Assembly: GCA_963674595.2 (NCBI GenBank)
Contig: CAXXFV010000004.1
Location: 320,001 to 384,000, forward strand
Source: a bacterium
GTDB taxonomy: Bacteria > Zhuqueibacterota > Zhuqueibacteria > Residuimicrobiales > Krinioviventaceae
Direction: 5' to 3'
DNA length: 64,000 nucleotides
Under the pieces are notes generated by a model. It was not told the DNA's origin, ran no database searches, and was given only the letters and a program-made list of their open reading frames with translations. Made by a program: the position numbers and the translations under genes. Shown here piece after piece: positions 1 to 9,993 of this stretch. Positions within the stretch are counted from its first letter, which is position 1; the number at the start of each line of letters is the position of its first letter.

Positions 1-1209
1 ATGCCCCTTTTAATTTTATCGCTTTTTTTTATTAGCTCATGTGCTGTGAATAATAAAAATGATGGACCTGTTTTTAAGGATGACGTATCATTCTTAAAAA
101 ATTATACACAAACTATTATTTTATCAGATGCTCAGGATAAAGCAAAAGTAGCTGTTTGTCCTGATTATCAGGGACGTGTTATGACCAGTACGGCAACCGG
201 GCCGGATGGTAATAGCTATGGTTGGATAAATCGCGGATTGATAGAGTCTAAAGAAAACAATTTGCATATCAACGCTCTGGGCGGTGAAGACCGGTTTTGG
301 ATGGGACCCGAAGGCGGTCAGTTTTCGATCTTTTTTAAAAAAGACACACCCTTTACCCTGGAAAATTGGTTTACGCCACCGGACATAAACGAGGCATCCT
401 ACAAAATTACGGAACAGGGAAAAGATTTTGTTCAGTTTGAACATGTGATGCAGTTTAAAAATTACTCTGATTTTGTTTTTGATGTAAAACTGGACCGTAT
501 GGTAAAATTGTTAACGACTGATGATGTAAAAAACCTGTTAAATATTTCTGATCTTCAGAGCGTTGACATGGTAGCATTTCAGTCGGAAAATACGGTAACA
601 AATGTCGGCAAGGAAGCATGGAATAAAGAAACAGGCCTTTTATCTATTTGGATCCTTGGTATGTTTAATCCGTCACCGGCATCAACGATTATAGTGCCCT
701 TGAAACCAGGCCCGGAAGAAGAGTTGGGCCCGATTGTTAATGATGCCTATTTCGGAGAGATTCCGTCAAACCGGTTGGTTATTCAGGATAGTTTAATGTT
801 TTTCAGCGGAGACGGCCAATATCGCAGCAAAATAGGCATCTCCCAGAAACGCTGCAAAGAAATTTTGGGTAGTTATGATGCTGAAAAACAGGTTTTGACT
901 ATTGCACATTTAACCTTACCGGAAGGTGAACAGTCCTATGTCAATTCAATGTGGGAGCTTCAGGAACAACCCTATAACGGTGACGTGGTCAACAGCTACA
1001 ACGATGGTCCATCGGAACCGGGAAAAGCACCGCTTGGTCCGTTTTATGAATTGGAAACCTCTTCTCCGGCAGCACAGCTCGAACCCATGCAGTCTTTGTC
1101 ACATCAGCATACAACCATTCATTTTCAGGGTTCCAAAGCTGCTTTGGACAAAATGACAACGTTATTGTTTAACGTTTCATTAGAAAATATCGAGAATGCT
1201 CTGAAATAA
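1..1209 (+). CDS. DUF6786-family putative lipoprotein
   Basis: Signal peptide with lipobox-like ISSC. Motifs GRVMTSTA, YGWIN, GGEDRFWMGPEGGQFS and GPFYELETSSPA recalled from this FCB family. The true start may lie upstream of the window. Confidence 0.7.
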   Translation: MPLLILSLFFISSCAVNNKNDGPVFKDDVSFLKNYTQTIILSDAQDKAKVAVCPDYQGRVMTSTATGPDGNSYGWINRGLIESKENNLHINALGGEDRFWMGPEGGQFSIFFKKDTPFTLENWFTPPDINEASYKITEQGKDFVQFEHVMQFKNYSDFVFDVKLDRMVKLLTTDDVKNLLNISDLQSVDMVAFQSENTVTNVGKEAWNKETGLLSIWILGMFNPSPASTIIVPLKPGPEEELGPIVNDAYFGEIPSNRLVIQDSLMFFSGDGQYRSKIGISQKRCKEILGSYDAEKQVLTIAHLTLPEGEQSYVNSMWELQEQPYNGDVVNSYNDGPSEPGKAPLGPFYELETSSPAAQLEPMQSLSHQHTTIHFQGSKAALDKMTTLLFNVSLENIENALK

Positions 1210-1210
1210 A

Positions 1211-1801
1211 TTGAGAGTTTTATATTTAACAATTTTTATGTTTTTTCCGCTGTTTCTTTTTTGCTCAAAAAATAGCGATGTAAAACAGAACAATTCCCTT
1301 TCATTCGATGTGGATACGGAACTTTTAGGAAACGAGTTGGTCCTTGAGGAACTTGGACTGACCGTTTCCCCTCCTAAAAACTGTAAACCATTACAGCCTC
1401 AGGTTTATAAAGAATTTCTTTCCCGCCTTTCAGAAAAAATGAATCCTGTTGATTCTTTGTTGATAGAACCAAAAGCACTGTTTTTCGATCAGCAGAATAA
1501 TATTCTTTTTTCCGTTTCAAAAATAAATTTTACAGATTCGATATCAACGGTGGAAGATTATGAAAAAGAGTTGATGAAAAAATTTTCAACCCTTGATGCT
1601 AAAAAAGTAATTTTTGAATATAAAAATTTTACTATTCATCAGCTTAGAGTCATTTCTAATGATTCTATTCTATTCAAGCTAATTGTTCTTCAAAAAGAAA
1701 ATTTCATTCAACTGGATTATATCATCCCCAAACAGGGTTATCATAATTATCTAAAGGCCATCGAATCATCCATTGGTTCATTAAAAAGTAACGGAGGTTA
1801 G
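1211..1801 (+). CDS. Hypothetical exported protein/lipoprotein
   Basis: 196-aa ORF with TTG start, hydrophobic N-terminus ending in Cys (LFLFCS), 1-bp gaps to both neighbours. Confidence 0.65.
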   Translation: MRVLYLTIFMFFPLFLFCSKNSDVKQNNSLSFDVDTELLGNELVLEELGLTVSPPKNCKPLQPQVYKEFLSRLSEKMNPVDSLLIEPKALFFDQQNNILFSVSKINFTDSISTVEDYEKELMKKFSTLDAKKVIFEYKNFTIHQLRVISNDSILFKLIVLQKENFIQLDYIIPKQGYHNYLKAIESSIGSLKSNGG

Positions 1802-1802
1802 C

Positions 1803-2096
1803 ATGAAAAAAATGGTTTCACTTTTAATGTTGGTTATTTTGGTATCAATGTTTATGGGGTGTGCGGCACATGTTCATAAAGTCGGAGAAGGCGCACAAAG
1901 CAGAGAATATGTTGAAGCCCGGCAATGGTATGTTTTATGGGGTCTTGTTCCAATAAATGAAGTTGATTCGCAAAGTATGGCCGAAGGCAATACAAATTAT
2001 GAAATTAAAACGGAAAGCTCGGCTTTAGATATTATTATTAACTTTTTTACGTCAATGGTTTCTGTTACTTCCAGGACCGTCACAGTAACCAGATGA
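1803..2096 (+). CDS. Bor/Iss-like small lipoprotein
   Basis: GGAGG RBS, lipobox FMGC, Bor-like motif QWYVLWGLVP. Confidence 0.65.
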   Translation: MKKMVSLLMLVILVSMFMGCAAHVHKVGEGAQSREYVEARQWYVLWGLVPINEVDSQSMAEGNTNYEIKTESSALDIIINFFTSMVSVTSRTVTVTR

Positions 2097-2120
2097 TGAT
2101 AACTTTTCGATGGCCTTTTT

Positions 2121-2708
2121 TTAACTTGCCTGGTTTTGTTTTATTTCAAACGTTTGAATAAATTCATCAAACGATTTGCGCCAGTGATCAATGGTTGGCT
2201 GGGGACCAACAGCTTTAAAAAACCAGGGTCCGTTTGCTGTTTCTGCAATAGCGGCCATCATTGCATAGTCTTTAAATGCTTCTCCTTTGCCATGCCCCAT
2301 CCCCATGTCTGTATTCAGATAAGTACCTGAAACCGTCACAATTGTAATCGGAAGATTATTGACATTAATTTTTAAAATGTCTTTAACATCGTGACTCGGA
2401 CGACCGTCCGGTTGTTGAAATTGGGTCAACCATCGGCTGATATTCATATCCACTGATCCCCCTGTTCCCGGGAAGTAAAACACCGCCAGTTCCGCATCTT
2501 TGTTATTATCGGTACCGGGTAACTGGAATTGCGCTTTACGCATCTGACTGCTGACGTGCTCCTCAATCCATCCGTCAGGTATTTTATAGGTTATTTCGCC
2601 TGCCGGTAAAGGTGTTTTTTCAGTTTTAGGAGTTTGTTCTTTTTTATTACAATAGAAGGCCGTAATTACAAAAAGAGCCAATGCAGCGGAAATGAACAGT
2701 TTTTTCAT
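2121..2708 (-). CDS. Conserved hypothetical exported protein
   Basis: Signal peptide with Cys, GAGG RBS, motifs IPDGW..MRKAQF and GGSVDMNISRW..QF, WFFKAVGP. Confidence 0.7.
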   Translation of the reverse strand: MKKLFISAALALFVITAFYCNKKEQTPKTEKTPLPAGEITYKIPDGWIEEHVSSQMRKAQFQLPGTDNNKDAELAVFYFPGTGGSVDMNISRWLTQFQQPDGRPSHDVKDILKINVNNLPITIVTVSGTYLNTDMGMGHGKGEAFKDYAMMAAIAETANGPWFFKAVGPQPTIDHWRKSFDEFIQTFEIKQNQAS

Positions 2709-2835
2709 AGGAACCTCAATTTAATTTTTTTACAATTACTCCTACAAACATTTAAAAGACACAAATGATTCCGTGAAATTTTTAAATCTTTTAACTATAA
2801 AATGGTATAATATGTTGTGGATCTGGTTCCCGGGT

Positions 2836-4101
2836 TTAAATCAAATCAATAATTGAACCGAAATCCGGATGAAATAATCGTTTATAAATTCTTATGGCAT
2901 ATCGGTCGGTCATGCCGGCGACATAATCGCACAATAACCTCGCAATGACAGTTTTATTGTTTTTATTTTGGGAAATAGAATATTCCAGTTCTTTTGGCAG
3001 CAATGAATCCAAAAAGTTTTTTTCACCAAGATAATTTTCCAAAAAGGTATTCATCAGGCGCTTTATCATATAATGCCCTTTAAACTCTAGTTGTTTTAAC
3101 TGCGGTGAATCAAATACCAGTTCTTTCGACAGCTTTTTGTAAACATTGCATACCTGTTTCACTTGCGGATCAATAACCAATTCATATCTGTATCGGTTTG
3201 TTTTTTCCGACATAAAATTTGAACGTTCTTTTAACTGACAAGCTTTAATAAAATCACCGATTTTTACTCCAAACCGGCTTTCCACATTTCCTGTTCGAAT
3301 AATTTCCAGCACATTATCAACAACGTCAACTTCTTCCTGGTTCAGTCCCCGGTCCAGGGCCCATTTTTCAACTTTTTCAAATGTGATGAATCCTGTTTTT
3401 ATACTATCCACCATATCGTTTAAAGAATAGGAGGTATCATCGGCCCAGTCCATAATCTGGCATTCGATACTTTTAAAAGAATTCAATGGTTTGCCCGGCT
3501 GTAATTCCTGTGGAAATTTTTCATTGTTAAAAACAAAATCCAGAATATGGGCCTGGTCGTCATAAATAAAATGATTTTCCGGATTTTCAAGCTGACTGTA
3601 CAAGGTTTTATATTTCAGAATACTATCAATAAAAGCACGCGTCGGGCTCATTCCTTTTCGCATGTCGGGTTTGGAATAGATGGTTTCCGTAAGAATACGC
3701 AGTGTTTGTCCGTTTCCTTCAAAACCGCCATAGTCTTTCATAAAATCGTTTAATATTTTTTCTCCGGCATGCCCGAATGGCGGGTGTCCCAGGTCATGCG
3801 AAAGACACGCGGCCTCAACAAGGTCCGGATCGATGTAGCAATGTTCATTTAAAATGTCGTTTTGAGATTTTAAATAATTACAGATTGACCGGCCGATTTG
3901 CGCGACTTCAATAGAATGGGTGAGCCGGGTACGGTAAAAATCATACTCCCCGGAAAAAAACACCTGGGTTTTTGCCTGCAGCCGGCGGAACGCAAAACTG
4001 TGAATAATTCGGTCCCGGTCTATCTGAAAAGGTGTCCGGTAGTCGGTGTTTCGTTCTTTAATACTTTGTATGTCAAAATCGTTATAAAAACTGTTTTTCA
4101 T
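2836..4101 (-). CDS. dgt: dGTP triphosphohydrolase (HD domain)
   Basis: DRDRIIHS, RRLQAKTQV, TRLTHSIEVAQIGRSI, HDLGHPPFGHAGE, DYVAGMTD. Confidence 0.93.
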   Translation of the reverse strand: MKNSFYNDFDIQSIKERNTDYRTPFQIDRDRIIHSFAFRRLQAKTQVFFSGEYDFYRTRLTHSIEVAQIGRSICNYLKSQNDILNEHCYIDPDLVEAACLSHDLGHPPFGHAGEKILNDFMKDYGGFEGNGQTLRILTETIYSKPDMRKGMSPTRAFIDSILKYKTLYSQLENPENHFIYDDQAHILDFVFNNEKFPQELQPGKPLNSFKSIECQIMDWADDTSYSLNDMVDSIKTGFITFEKVEKWALDRGLNQEEVDVVDNVLEIIRTGNVESRFGVKIGDFIKACQLKERSNFMSEKTNRYRYELVIDPQVKQVCNVYKKLSKELVFDSPQLKQLEFKGHYMIKRLMNTFLENYLGEKNFLDSLLPKELEYSISQNKNNKTVIARLLCDYVAGMTDRYAIRIYKRLFHPDFGSIIDLI

Positions 4102-4142
4102 ATATCCTCGTTTTAATTTTGTTCATTTTTTACAGAACAAAT

Positions 4143-5249
4143 TTACCTGACCCGGTCATCCAACAGTGTTTTTAAATGAGCGCTGTTTCTGGGAGACCAG
4201 CCAAAAGCCTTTTGCCACACATCTGTTTTTTCCATACATAAATAAACAAAAACAGAATCTGAATGGCCTTTAATCCATTTATACATTTTTTTAAACATTT
4301 CAACACGAATGGGTTTAAAGTAGCGCAGTTTTTTATCGATACCCGGTAACAGTTCACCCAGCACAATGGGAGATTCCGGGTGGTTTTCACGGATAATATC
4401 ATCCAGTCCCGGGGGATAACGTAGCGCGCCCAGGCTGATCCAGGCGATATTTTCCGGTTTGATAACACGAAATATTTTATCCACGGTTTCTTTATAGCCT
4501 TCTTGCCACCCGTCGAAATGGATCATGGGATCAAAATGAAAACCAATTCTGTAGCCGGCTTTTTGCACCTCTTTGGCTGCTTCCAGACGTGCGTCAATGT
4601 CCGGCGCCAGGGATTCTTCCTGTTCCGTAATATGTGAAGCATTTAAAGACCAGGAAACAACCGTGCGTTTGTTATGCTCAATATCTAATATATTTTGTAT
4701 CTGTGGACTTTTACTTTTCAATTCTATAATTGCATTTTGTTTGTCTTTAAAAAAACGGACCAGGTCTGCACCGAGTTCTGTGATGTGATCAAACGTCAGG
4801 CTGTCGCTCAGTTCACCTGTGCCGATGCGGTAGAATTGATTTTGGTGTATCTTTAGTTTTTCCGATACTTCATCATACATTTCATCCAGATTACAGTACA
4901 AGGTTTTGACCGGATTGTTTATATATCCCTGAAGGATGCAATAACTGCAATCGATATCACAACCGGCCGCGACATCGAGATTATAATAAAGGCAGCAGAT
5001 ATGTTTTTGTGTTCCCGGACAAAGCCGCAAAAAAGGGCCCCGTTGTTTGGCAAGCAGCAGTGTTTTAAGGGCGGTGGCTTTTTCTTTTTTTAATAAAGAT
5101 ATGGACAAGATTTCATTGGCGTCGGGAATGACCGACTGTTCAATTTTTGGGAATTTTGCAATAACCTTTTTCGCAAAAGCCGTATGTTGAACGGATTTTT
5201 CAATATATATTTTTTCAGGCACAAATGGCTGGTATTGGTTTTTTTTCAT
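4143..5249 (-). CDS. Spore photoproduct lyase (SplB)-like radical SAM protein
   Basis: CxxxCxxC (CDIDCSYC) followed by ILQGY; GELSDSL, ELKSKS, WSLN, FHFDPMI and YLCME motifs of the SPL-like family. Confidence 0.85.
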   Translation of the reverse strand: MKKNQYQPFVPEKIYIEKSVQHTAFAKKVIAKFPKIEQSVIPDANEILSISLLKKEKATALKTLLLAKQRGPFLRLCPGTQKHICCLYYNLDVAAGCDIDCSYCILQGYINNPVKTLYCNLDEMYDEVSEKLKIHQNQFYRIGTGELSDSLTFDHITELGADLVRFFKDKQNAIIELKSKSPQIQNILDIEHNKRTVVSWSLNASHITEQEESLAPDIDARLEAAKEVQKAGYRIGFHFDPMIHFDGWQEGYKETVDKIFRVIKPENIAWISLGALRYPPGLDDIIRENHPESPIVLGELLPGIDKKLRYFKPIRVEMFKKMYKWIKGHSDSVFVYLCMEKTDVWQKAFGWSPRNSAHLKTLLDDRVR

Positions 5250-6219
5250 CAGACAAGTTCCAGCATTTTTTCGATAATGTGTTTATCCTGCATAGACTGT
5301 AAAGTATTCAGGTGGTTTTGATATTCTTGCAAATTTTTAAAAGAGAAAAAAACATTAAAACTGTTTCCCTCAAATGAAGGCGGCGCCTGGACCCGGATCT
5401 CCGGCGGCAGCTTTGCTTCTGATAAAAGGGTTTTCGTATTTCTCTTTTGTTTTTGAAAATTCGGGGTATCGCCATGAGAAGAGCAGTTGTTTACAGTGTT
5501 CGGCTTTTTGGGCCGGTGTCCATTTGTCCTGGTTTAAAATATTCTGAAAATTTGGCTCATCAAGGAACTCACAAATAGTCATTCCTTTAATTCGTGAAAC
5601 ATCAGAGATCAACATCCAAAAGTCTTTTTGCTGGTTTTTCCCAAGCCGCAGTTCTGTAAAAAATTTATAAACAGCAGCCTGTATTTTATCCTCAAAATCA
5701 CTGAATGTTGCTGCCAGGTCCAGGGAAATATTATCATTAATCAGTGATTTTTGCCACTCCGGGATTAAAAGATGCAGTGGTTGGTGGAGTTGATACACTT
5801 TGGGATTGCGCCCAAGTTTCATCAACGGAAAAAAATCATGGATTATTTGTTCCGGTAAAAGGTTAAAACCTTGTTCCAGTTTTTTTATCACAAAAGAGAT
5901 TTGTATGGCATCCAGTTGTTTTTGTAACGGATTGTTCCTGGATGGCAATTTTAAACAATTCCAAATCATCCGGTGTTGTTTTAATGAAAACAGGAATATT
6001 TTGAATACCCAGTGTTTTTACTGCCTTGAATCGGCTGAAACCGCTGACAATTCGAAAGTTATTATCAGAAATCGGTTGAACCAGTAAAGGCGATAATATA
6101 CCCATTTTTTTTATAGACAGTATTAATTCAGAAATATTATCTGAACTGCAAATTTGAAATGTGGTGTTTTTATCATCTATCTGTTCAGGTTTTATTATTT
6201 TCAAGCTGTTTGTAATCAT
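5249..6219 (-). pseudogene. ParB N-terminal (ParB/Srx) domain protein interrupted by two +1 frameshifts (pseudogene or sequencing errors)
   Basis: ParB motifs SIKKMGILSPLLV and IVSGFSRFKA. Removing one base at T5 5919-5923 and one at 5424-5434 joins three frames into a ~322-aa ORF ending ..LPPEIRVQAPPSFEG..MLELV*. Its TGA overlaps the ATG of the radical SAM gene. Confidence 0.75.
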
Positions 6220-6273
6220 ATTGTTATCCAATTTTATGAACCTTATATGTTGATATTTTTTATGTAAAAACCC

Positions 6274-6302
6274 TTGACTATTTTACAAAATATTGTTATG
6301 AT
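6274..6302 (+). promoter_or_regulatory. sigma70-type promoter of ssb
   Basis: TTGACT-N17-TATGAT with extended -10 TGn; GGAGGAGG RBS downstream. Confidence 0.65.
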
Positions 6303-6353
6303 TCTCAATAATTAATTTGAACGTTTAATTTTATTCAATGGAGGAGGGGGCTT

Positions 6354-6794
6354 ATGGCTTTTGATAGCAAAGGTACCCTGAACAAAGTAATGCTCATCGG
6401 ACGGTTGGGACAAGACCCTGAATTAAAATACACGCCTTCCGGTGCCGCTGTTGTAACGTTGAGTGTTGCAACAAACACGTCATATAAAGCACAGGATGGC
6501 AATATGGTAGAAAATACAGAATGGCATCGTGTTGTTGTATGGCGTAAAACCGCTGAAATGATTGCACAATATGCAAAAAAAGGTGGTCGCTTGTATATTG
6601 AAGGAAAACTGGTCACACGGTCCTGGGACGATAAAGATGGTAATAAAAGGTATACCACCGAAATACAGGCTGATCAGGTTCAGTTTTTAGAGTCACGACC
6701 GTCACAAGGCTCCTCACAGAATGATGAACCGCCCTTACCAGATTCAGATTATACTGAACCTCAAGTTGATGATGCCGACGATTTACCTTTTTAG
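6354..6794 (+). CDS. ssb: Single-stranded DNA-binding protein
   Basis: LNKVMLIGRLGQDPELKYT, TEWHRVVVW, acidic tail DDLPF. Confidence 0.97.
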   Translation: MAFDSKGTLNKVMLIGRLGQDPELKYTPSGAAVVTLSVATNTSYKAQDGNMVENTEWHRVVVWRKTAEMIAQYAKKGGRLYIEGKLVTRSWDDKDGNKRYTTEIQADQVQFLESRPSQGSSQNDEPPLPDSDYTEPQVDDADDLPF

Positions 6795-6910
6795 TTAAAT
6801 TTATCCAGCATAATATGGAAAACACAAAAATTGTGATTTGAATAAGGATATGATGGACTTTATCCAACGTCTTTTTGACGTTGGGTATGTATTAAAAAAA
6901 GGAGTGCATA

Positions 6911-7530
6911 ATGACTGAATCAGTAAACCAAACTCAAACCCCAGCTTCCAAAAGTATTAATATGGGAGGGTGGATTAGTCAGGCCTGGAATATGGTCTTT
7001 TCAGAATTTGGCCCGATATTATTACTCTCAATCATTTATCTTGTCGCTTTGACAGTTGCTTCCTCAACAGTTATTGGAACTTTTGTTTTAGGCGGCCCTT
7101 TAACTGTCGGCTTTTTTTATGCATTATTCCGCAAAATTAAAGGTCAACCTGTTCAGGTGGGCGATATCGGCAAGGGATTTAATTTCTTTGTCGCATCACT
7201 TTTGTCTTATATTTTGATCAGTTTTTTTACAAGTATTGGCTTTCTACTATGTATTATTCCGGGATTTATCGTTACGGCTCTATATATTTTTACGCCTGCT
7301 TTTATTGCTGATAAAAATATGGATTTTTGGGAAGCCATGGAAGCCAGCCGCAAGCTGGTAAGTCAGCATCTTTTTGAAATGGTTATTTTTACTTTAGTCC
7401 TTATTCTTATATCTATTGCCGGCATATTGTTATGTGGAATAGGTTTATTTATCACCACTCCGCTTTGTTTTGCAGCATTGTAATAGCTTATAATGAGCTT
7501 GTTGGTATTGAAACAGAATTTACAGAGTAA
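6911..7530 (+). CDS. Conserved integral membrane protein (probable -1 indel near 7478; ORF as read ends at 7483)
   Basis: Multiple TM helices, GPLTVG, LCIIPG, MDFWEAMEASRKLV. Adding one base near 7478 extends the ORF with IVIAYNELVGIETEFTE* to 7530, directly before a terminator. Confidence 0.7.
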
Positions 7531-7533
7531 ACT

Positions 7534-7562
7534 AAAAGGCGGTTTATAAACCGCCTTTTTTT
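7534..7562. terminator. Bidirectional intrinsic terminator
   Basis: AAAAGGCGGTTT-AT-AAACCGCCTTTTTTT between convergent genes. Confidence 0.85.
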
Positions 7563-7935
7563 ATATTGTTGATTTTGATCCGCAAGGCTTTTTGGCACCC
7601 CCACAACACCCGTTTTGGGCCTTATCGCTTTTTATCTCATTTGATGTGGAAGGTTTAATAGATGTTACTTTATATCCTATAGACGTTACAGCCGTTGTTA
7701 ATAGTTCGTCATTAACCTTTGCCGTATCATAGACTACTTTAGCGTAACTATCTTTTAATGAGACATTCGCTTTTTGAACGCCGTCAATTTTTTCCAAAGC
7801 GCCTTTAACATCTGTTACACATCCGCTACATGTCATTCCTGTTATTTTAATATCAACTGTTTTTACATCACTCGTCCCTGCTAATGAAAGCGTTGCTGCA
7901 AAAATTACTAAAAGCAAAGAATTGAAAATTTTCAT
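7561..7935 (-). CDS. Exported heavy-metal-associated (HMA, MerP/CopZ-like) protein
   Basis: Signal peptide, GMTCSGC metal motif, Cys-rich tail GCCGGAKKPC. Confidence 0.85.
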   Translation of the reverse strand: MKIFNSLLLVIFAATLSLAGTSDVKTVDIKITGMTCSGCVTDVKGALEKIDGVQKANVSLKDSYAKVVYDTAKVNDELLTTAVTSIGYKVTSIKPSTSNEIKSDKAQNGCCGGAKKPCGSKSTI

Positions 7936-8045
7936 AAATCACCTCTTAAATTAAATTGTTAGATATGTAAAAATTTCTAACATTGCTTTGTAAGCGATTA
8001 TTCCTGAACCGTTATGCTTTTTGTAATAAATCTAATGTTATTTTT

Positions 8046-9371
8046 TTAATAGAGAGAAAGGAAAGATAAATCCCCTTTTACCACCTGATTTTGTTTATAT
8101 GCTAAAAGGGCACGTTTTCTGGAAAAGCTGATATCCAGGATTGGTTCAGGATAGTCCTTTGTATCGTATTCCGGGACCCATTTTTTAACATATTTTAATT
8201 CAGGATCGAATCTTTTTAATTGTAATTCAGGATTAAAGATTCGAAAGTATGGAACCGCATCGCAGCCTGTACTTGCTGCCCATTGCCAGTTCCCGTTATT
8301 AGAGGACAATTCAAAATCCAGCAGTTTTTTTGCAAAGTAATTTTCCCCCCAACGCCAATCAATAAGCAAATTTTTCGTTAAAAAACTTGCCGTTACCATG
8401 CGGACCCGATTGTGCATAAAACCTGTTTCATTTAATTGACGCATTCCGGCATCTACAAGAGGGAATCCGGTCATACCGTTACACCATTTATTTAAGTCTG
8501 TTTCACTATTTATCCAATTTATGTTGTTATATTTTTCTTTAAAGGATTGGTGTACCACCGAGGGAAAGTGATACAAAATCATCATAAAAAATTCACGCCA
8601 GACAAGTTCGTTCAGCCAGGTTGCATTTTCCAGCAGTGCCAACGATACCGCTTCCCGTATGCTGATTGTTCCGAACCTGAAATGCAGGCCTAAATACGTT
8701 GTTGCATCCAGCGCAGGGAAATCTCTTGTTTTATGGTAATGTACAATTTTTTCTACGGGAAATACAGGAGGGGGGAATTGAAAACCGGTTTTTTTGAAAC
8801 CAATATCTTTCAGTGAGGGAAAGTCGAATTTTTTTTTATAAAAAAAATTAAACTTGTCCAAGGTGTCATATTGTTTAACAGGGTTTGTGGAAAGCGTTGC
8901 CAGCCATTTGTTTTTATAGGGAGTAAATACTGTATAAGGTGTATTATCTTTTTTAATTATTTCGTTTTTTTCAAAAATGACCTGATCTTTAAATGAAAAA
9001 AATAAAAGACCTTTTGAAATAAAAAGGTCCTTTATTTTTTCATCACGTTCAATTGCGTAGGGTTCATAATCATTGTTAAGGTAAATACCTGCTGAATCGA
9101 ATTCATTGAGCAATCCAGCCCAAATTTTTACCGGGTCCCCATATTTTATTAAAAGACTGCTGTTATAATTTTTTAAATTTTGATCCAGTTTTAAAATTGT
9201 ATTATAAATAAATTCAACACGTTTGTCAGTTGGTTCGAGTTCTTTTAAAATTTTTTCATCAAAAATAAAGACAGGAACCACCGGGTATCCGCTCTCTAGT
9301 GCATGATACAAACCCGTATTGTCTTCCAGTCTCAAATCACGGCGAAACCAGAAAAAAGCAACTTTTTTCAT
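8046..9371 (-). CDS. phrB: Deoxyribodipyrimidine photolyase (class I CPD/cryptochrome family)
   Basis: WFRRDLRLEDN, ELVWREFF, TGFPLVDAGMRQL..TGFMHNRVRM, NNGNWQW, YFRIFNP. Confidence 0.93.
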   Translation of the reverse strand: MKKVAFFWFRRDLRLEDNTGLYHALESGYPVVPVFIFDEKILKELEPTDKRVEFIYNTILKLDQNLKNYNSSLLIKYGDPVKIWAGLLNEFDSAGIYLNNDYEPYAIERDEKIKDLFISKGLLFFSFKDQVIFEKNEIIKKDNTPYTVFTPYKNKWLATLSTNPVKQYDTLDKFNFFYKKKFDFPSLKDIGFKKTGFQFPPPVFPVEKIVHYHKTRDFPALDATTYLGLHFRFGTISIREAVSLALLENATWLNELVWREFFMMILYHFPSVVHQSFKEKYNNINWINSETDLNKWCNGMTGFPLVDAGMRQLNETGFMHNRVRMVTASFLTKNLLIDWRWGENYFAKKLLDFELSSNNGNWQWAASTGCDAVPYFRIFNPELQLKRFDPELKYVKKWVPEYDTKDYPEPILDISFSRKRALLAYKQNQVVKGDLSFLSLY

Positions 9372-9955
9372 CAGTAAATTTCAGCTCTTTTATATCCTCT
9401 GTCTTTTACATGCCTCCATAAGGAACGTTGTAAAATTCGACGAGCCCTAAACAGCCGTGACATAACCGTTCCCAAAGGCACGTCTGCCTTTTCAGAAATT
9501 TCTTTATAGGACAAACCTTCGACATCTGCTAATATAATAATTTGTCGAAAACTTTCTGAAAGTTTATCCAGTGCTTTATTTACGTTATCATCAAAGAGAT
9601 CCTGATATTTTTCATCATCATAAACATTCAGGTTTTCCGGTTCCTTGTATGGATCTTCATCTTCAATTAAAAAGGAAACCTTGTCAATATCAACATGTTG
9701 AGGCATTCTGGATTTTTTTCTATATTTGTTAATAAAAGTGTTTGTCAGAATTTTAAAAATCCAGGCTTTGAAATTTGTACCTTCCTGAAATTGATTAAAG
9801 AACCTATAGGCTCGTAAATAGGTATCTTGAACTAGATCTTCTGCTTCTTCCGTGTTACGTGTCATCCTCAGAGCAGAGCCATATAACAGGTCCATGTGTT
9901 CGAGGGCAATATTTTCAAAGTTGTCTCTTTTTTCAGGGTTTAGTTTTTGTTCCAT
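9371..9955 (-). CDS. ECF-type RNA polymerase sigma factor
   Basis: Region 2 [26 protein letters not shown]; region 4 [21 protein letters not shown]; AGGAGGAGG RBS; stop overlaps phrB start. Confidence 0.93.
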   Translation of the reverse strand: MEQKLNPEKRDNFENIALEHMDLLYGSALRMTRNTEEAEDLVQDTYLRAYRFFNQFQEGTNFKAWIFKILTNTFINKYRKKSRMPQHVDIDKVSFLIEDEDPYKEPENLNVYDDEKYQDLFDDNVNKALDKLSESFRQIIILADVEGLSYKEISEKADVPLGTVMSRLFRARRILQRSLWRHVKDRGYKRAEIY

Positions 9956-9993
9956 TGCCTCCTCCTTTCCCCATTTAAGTTCTCTCTACTATT

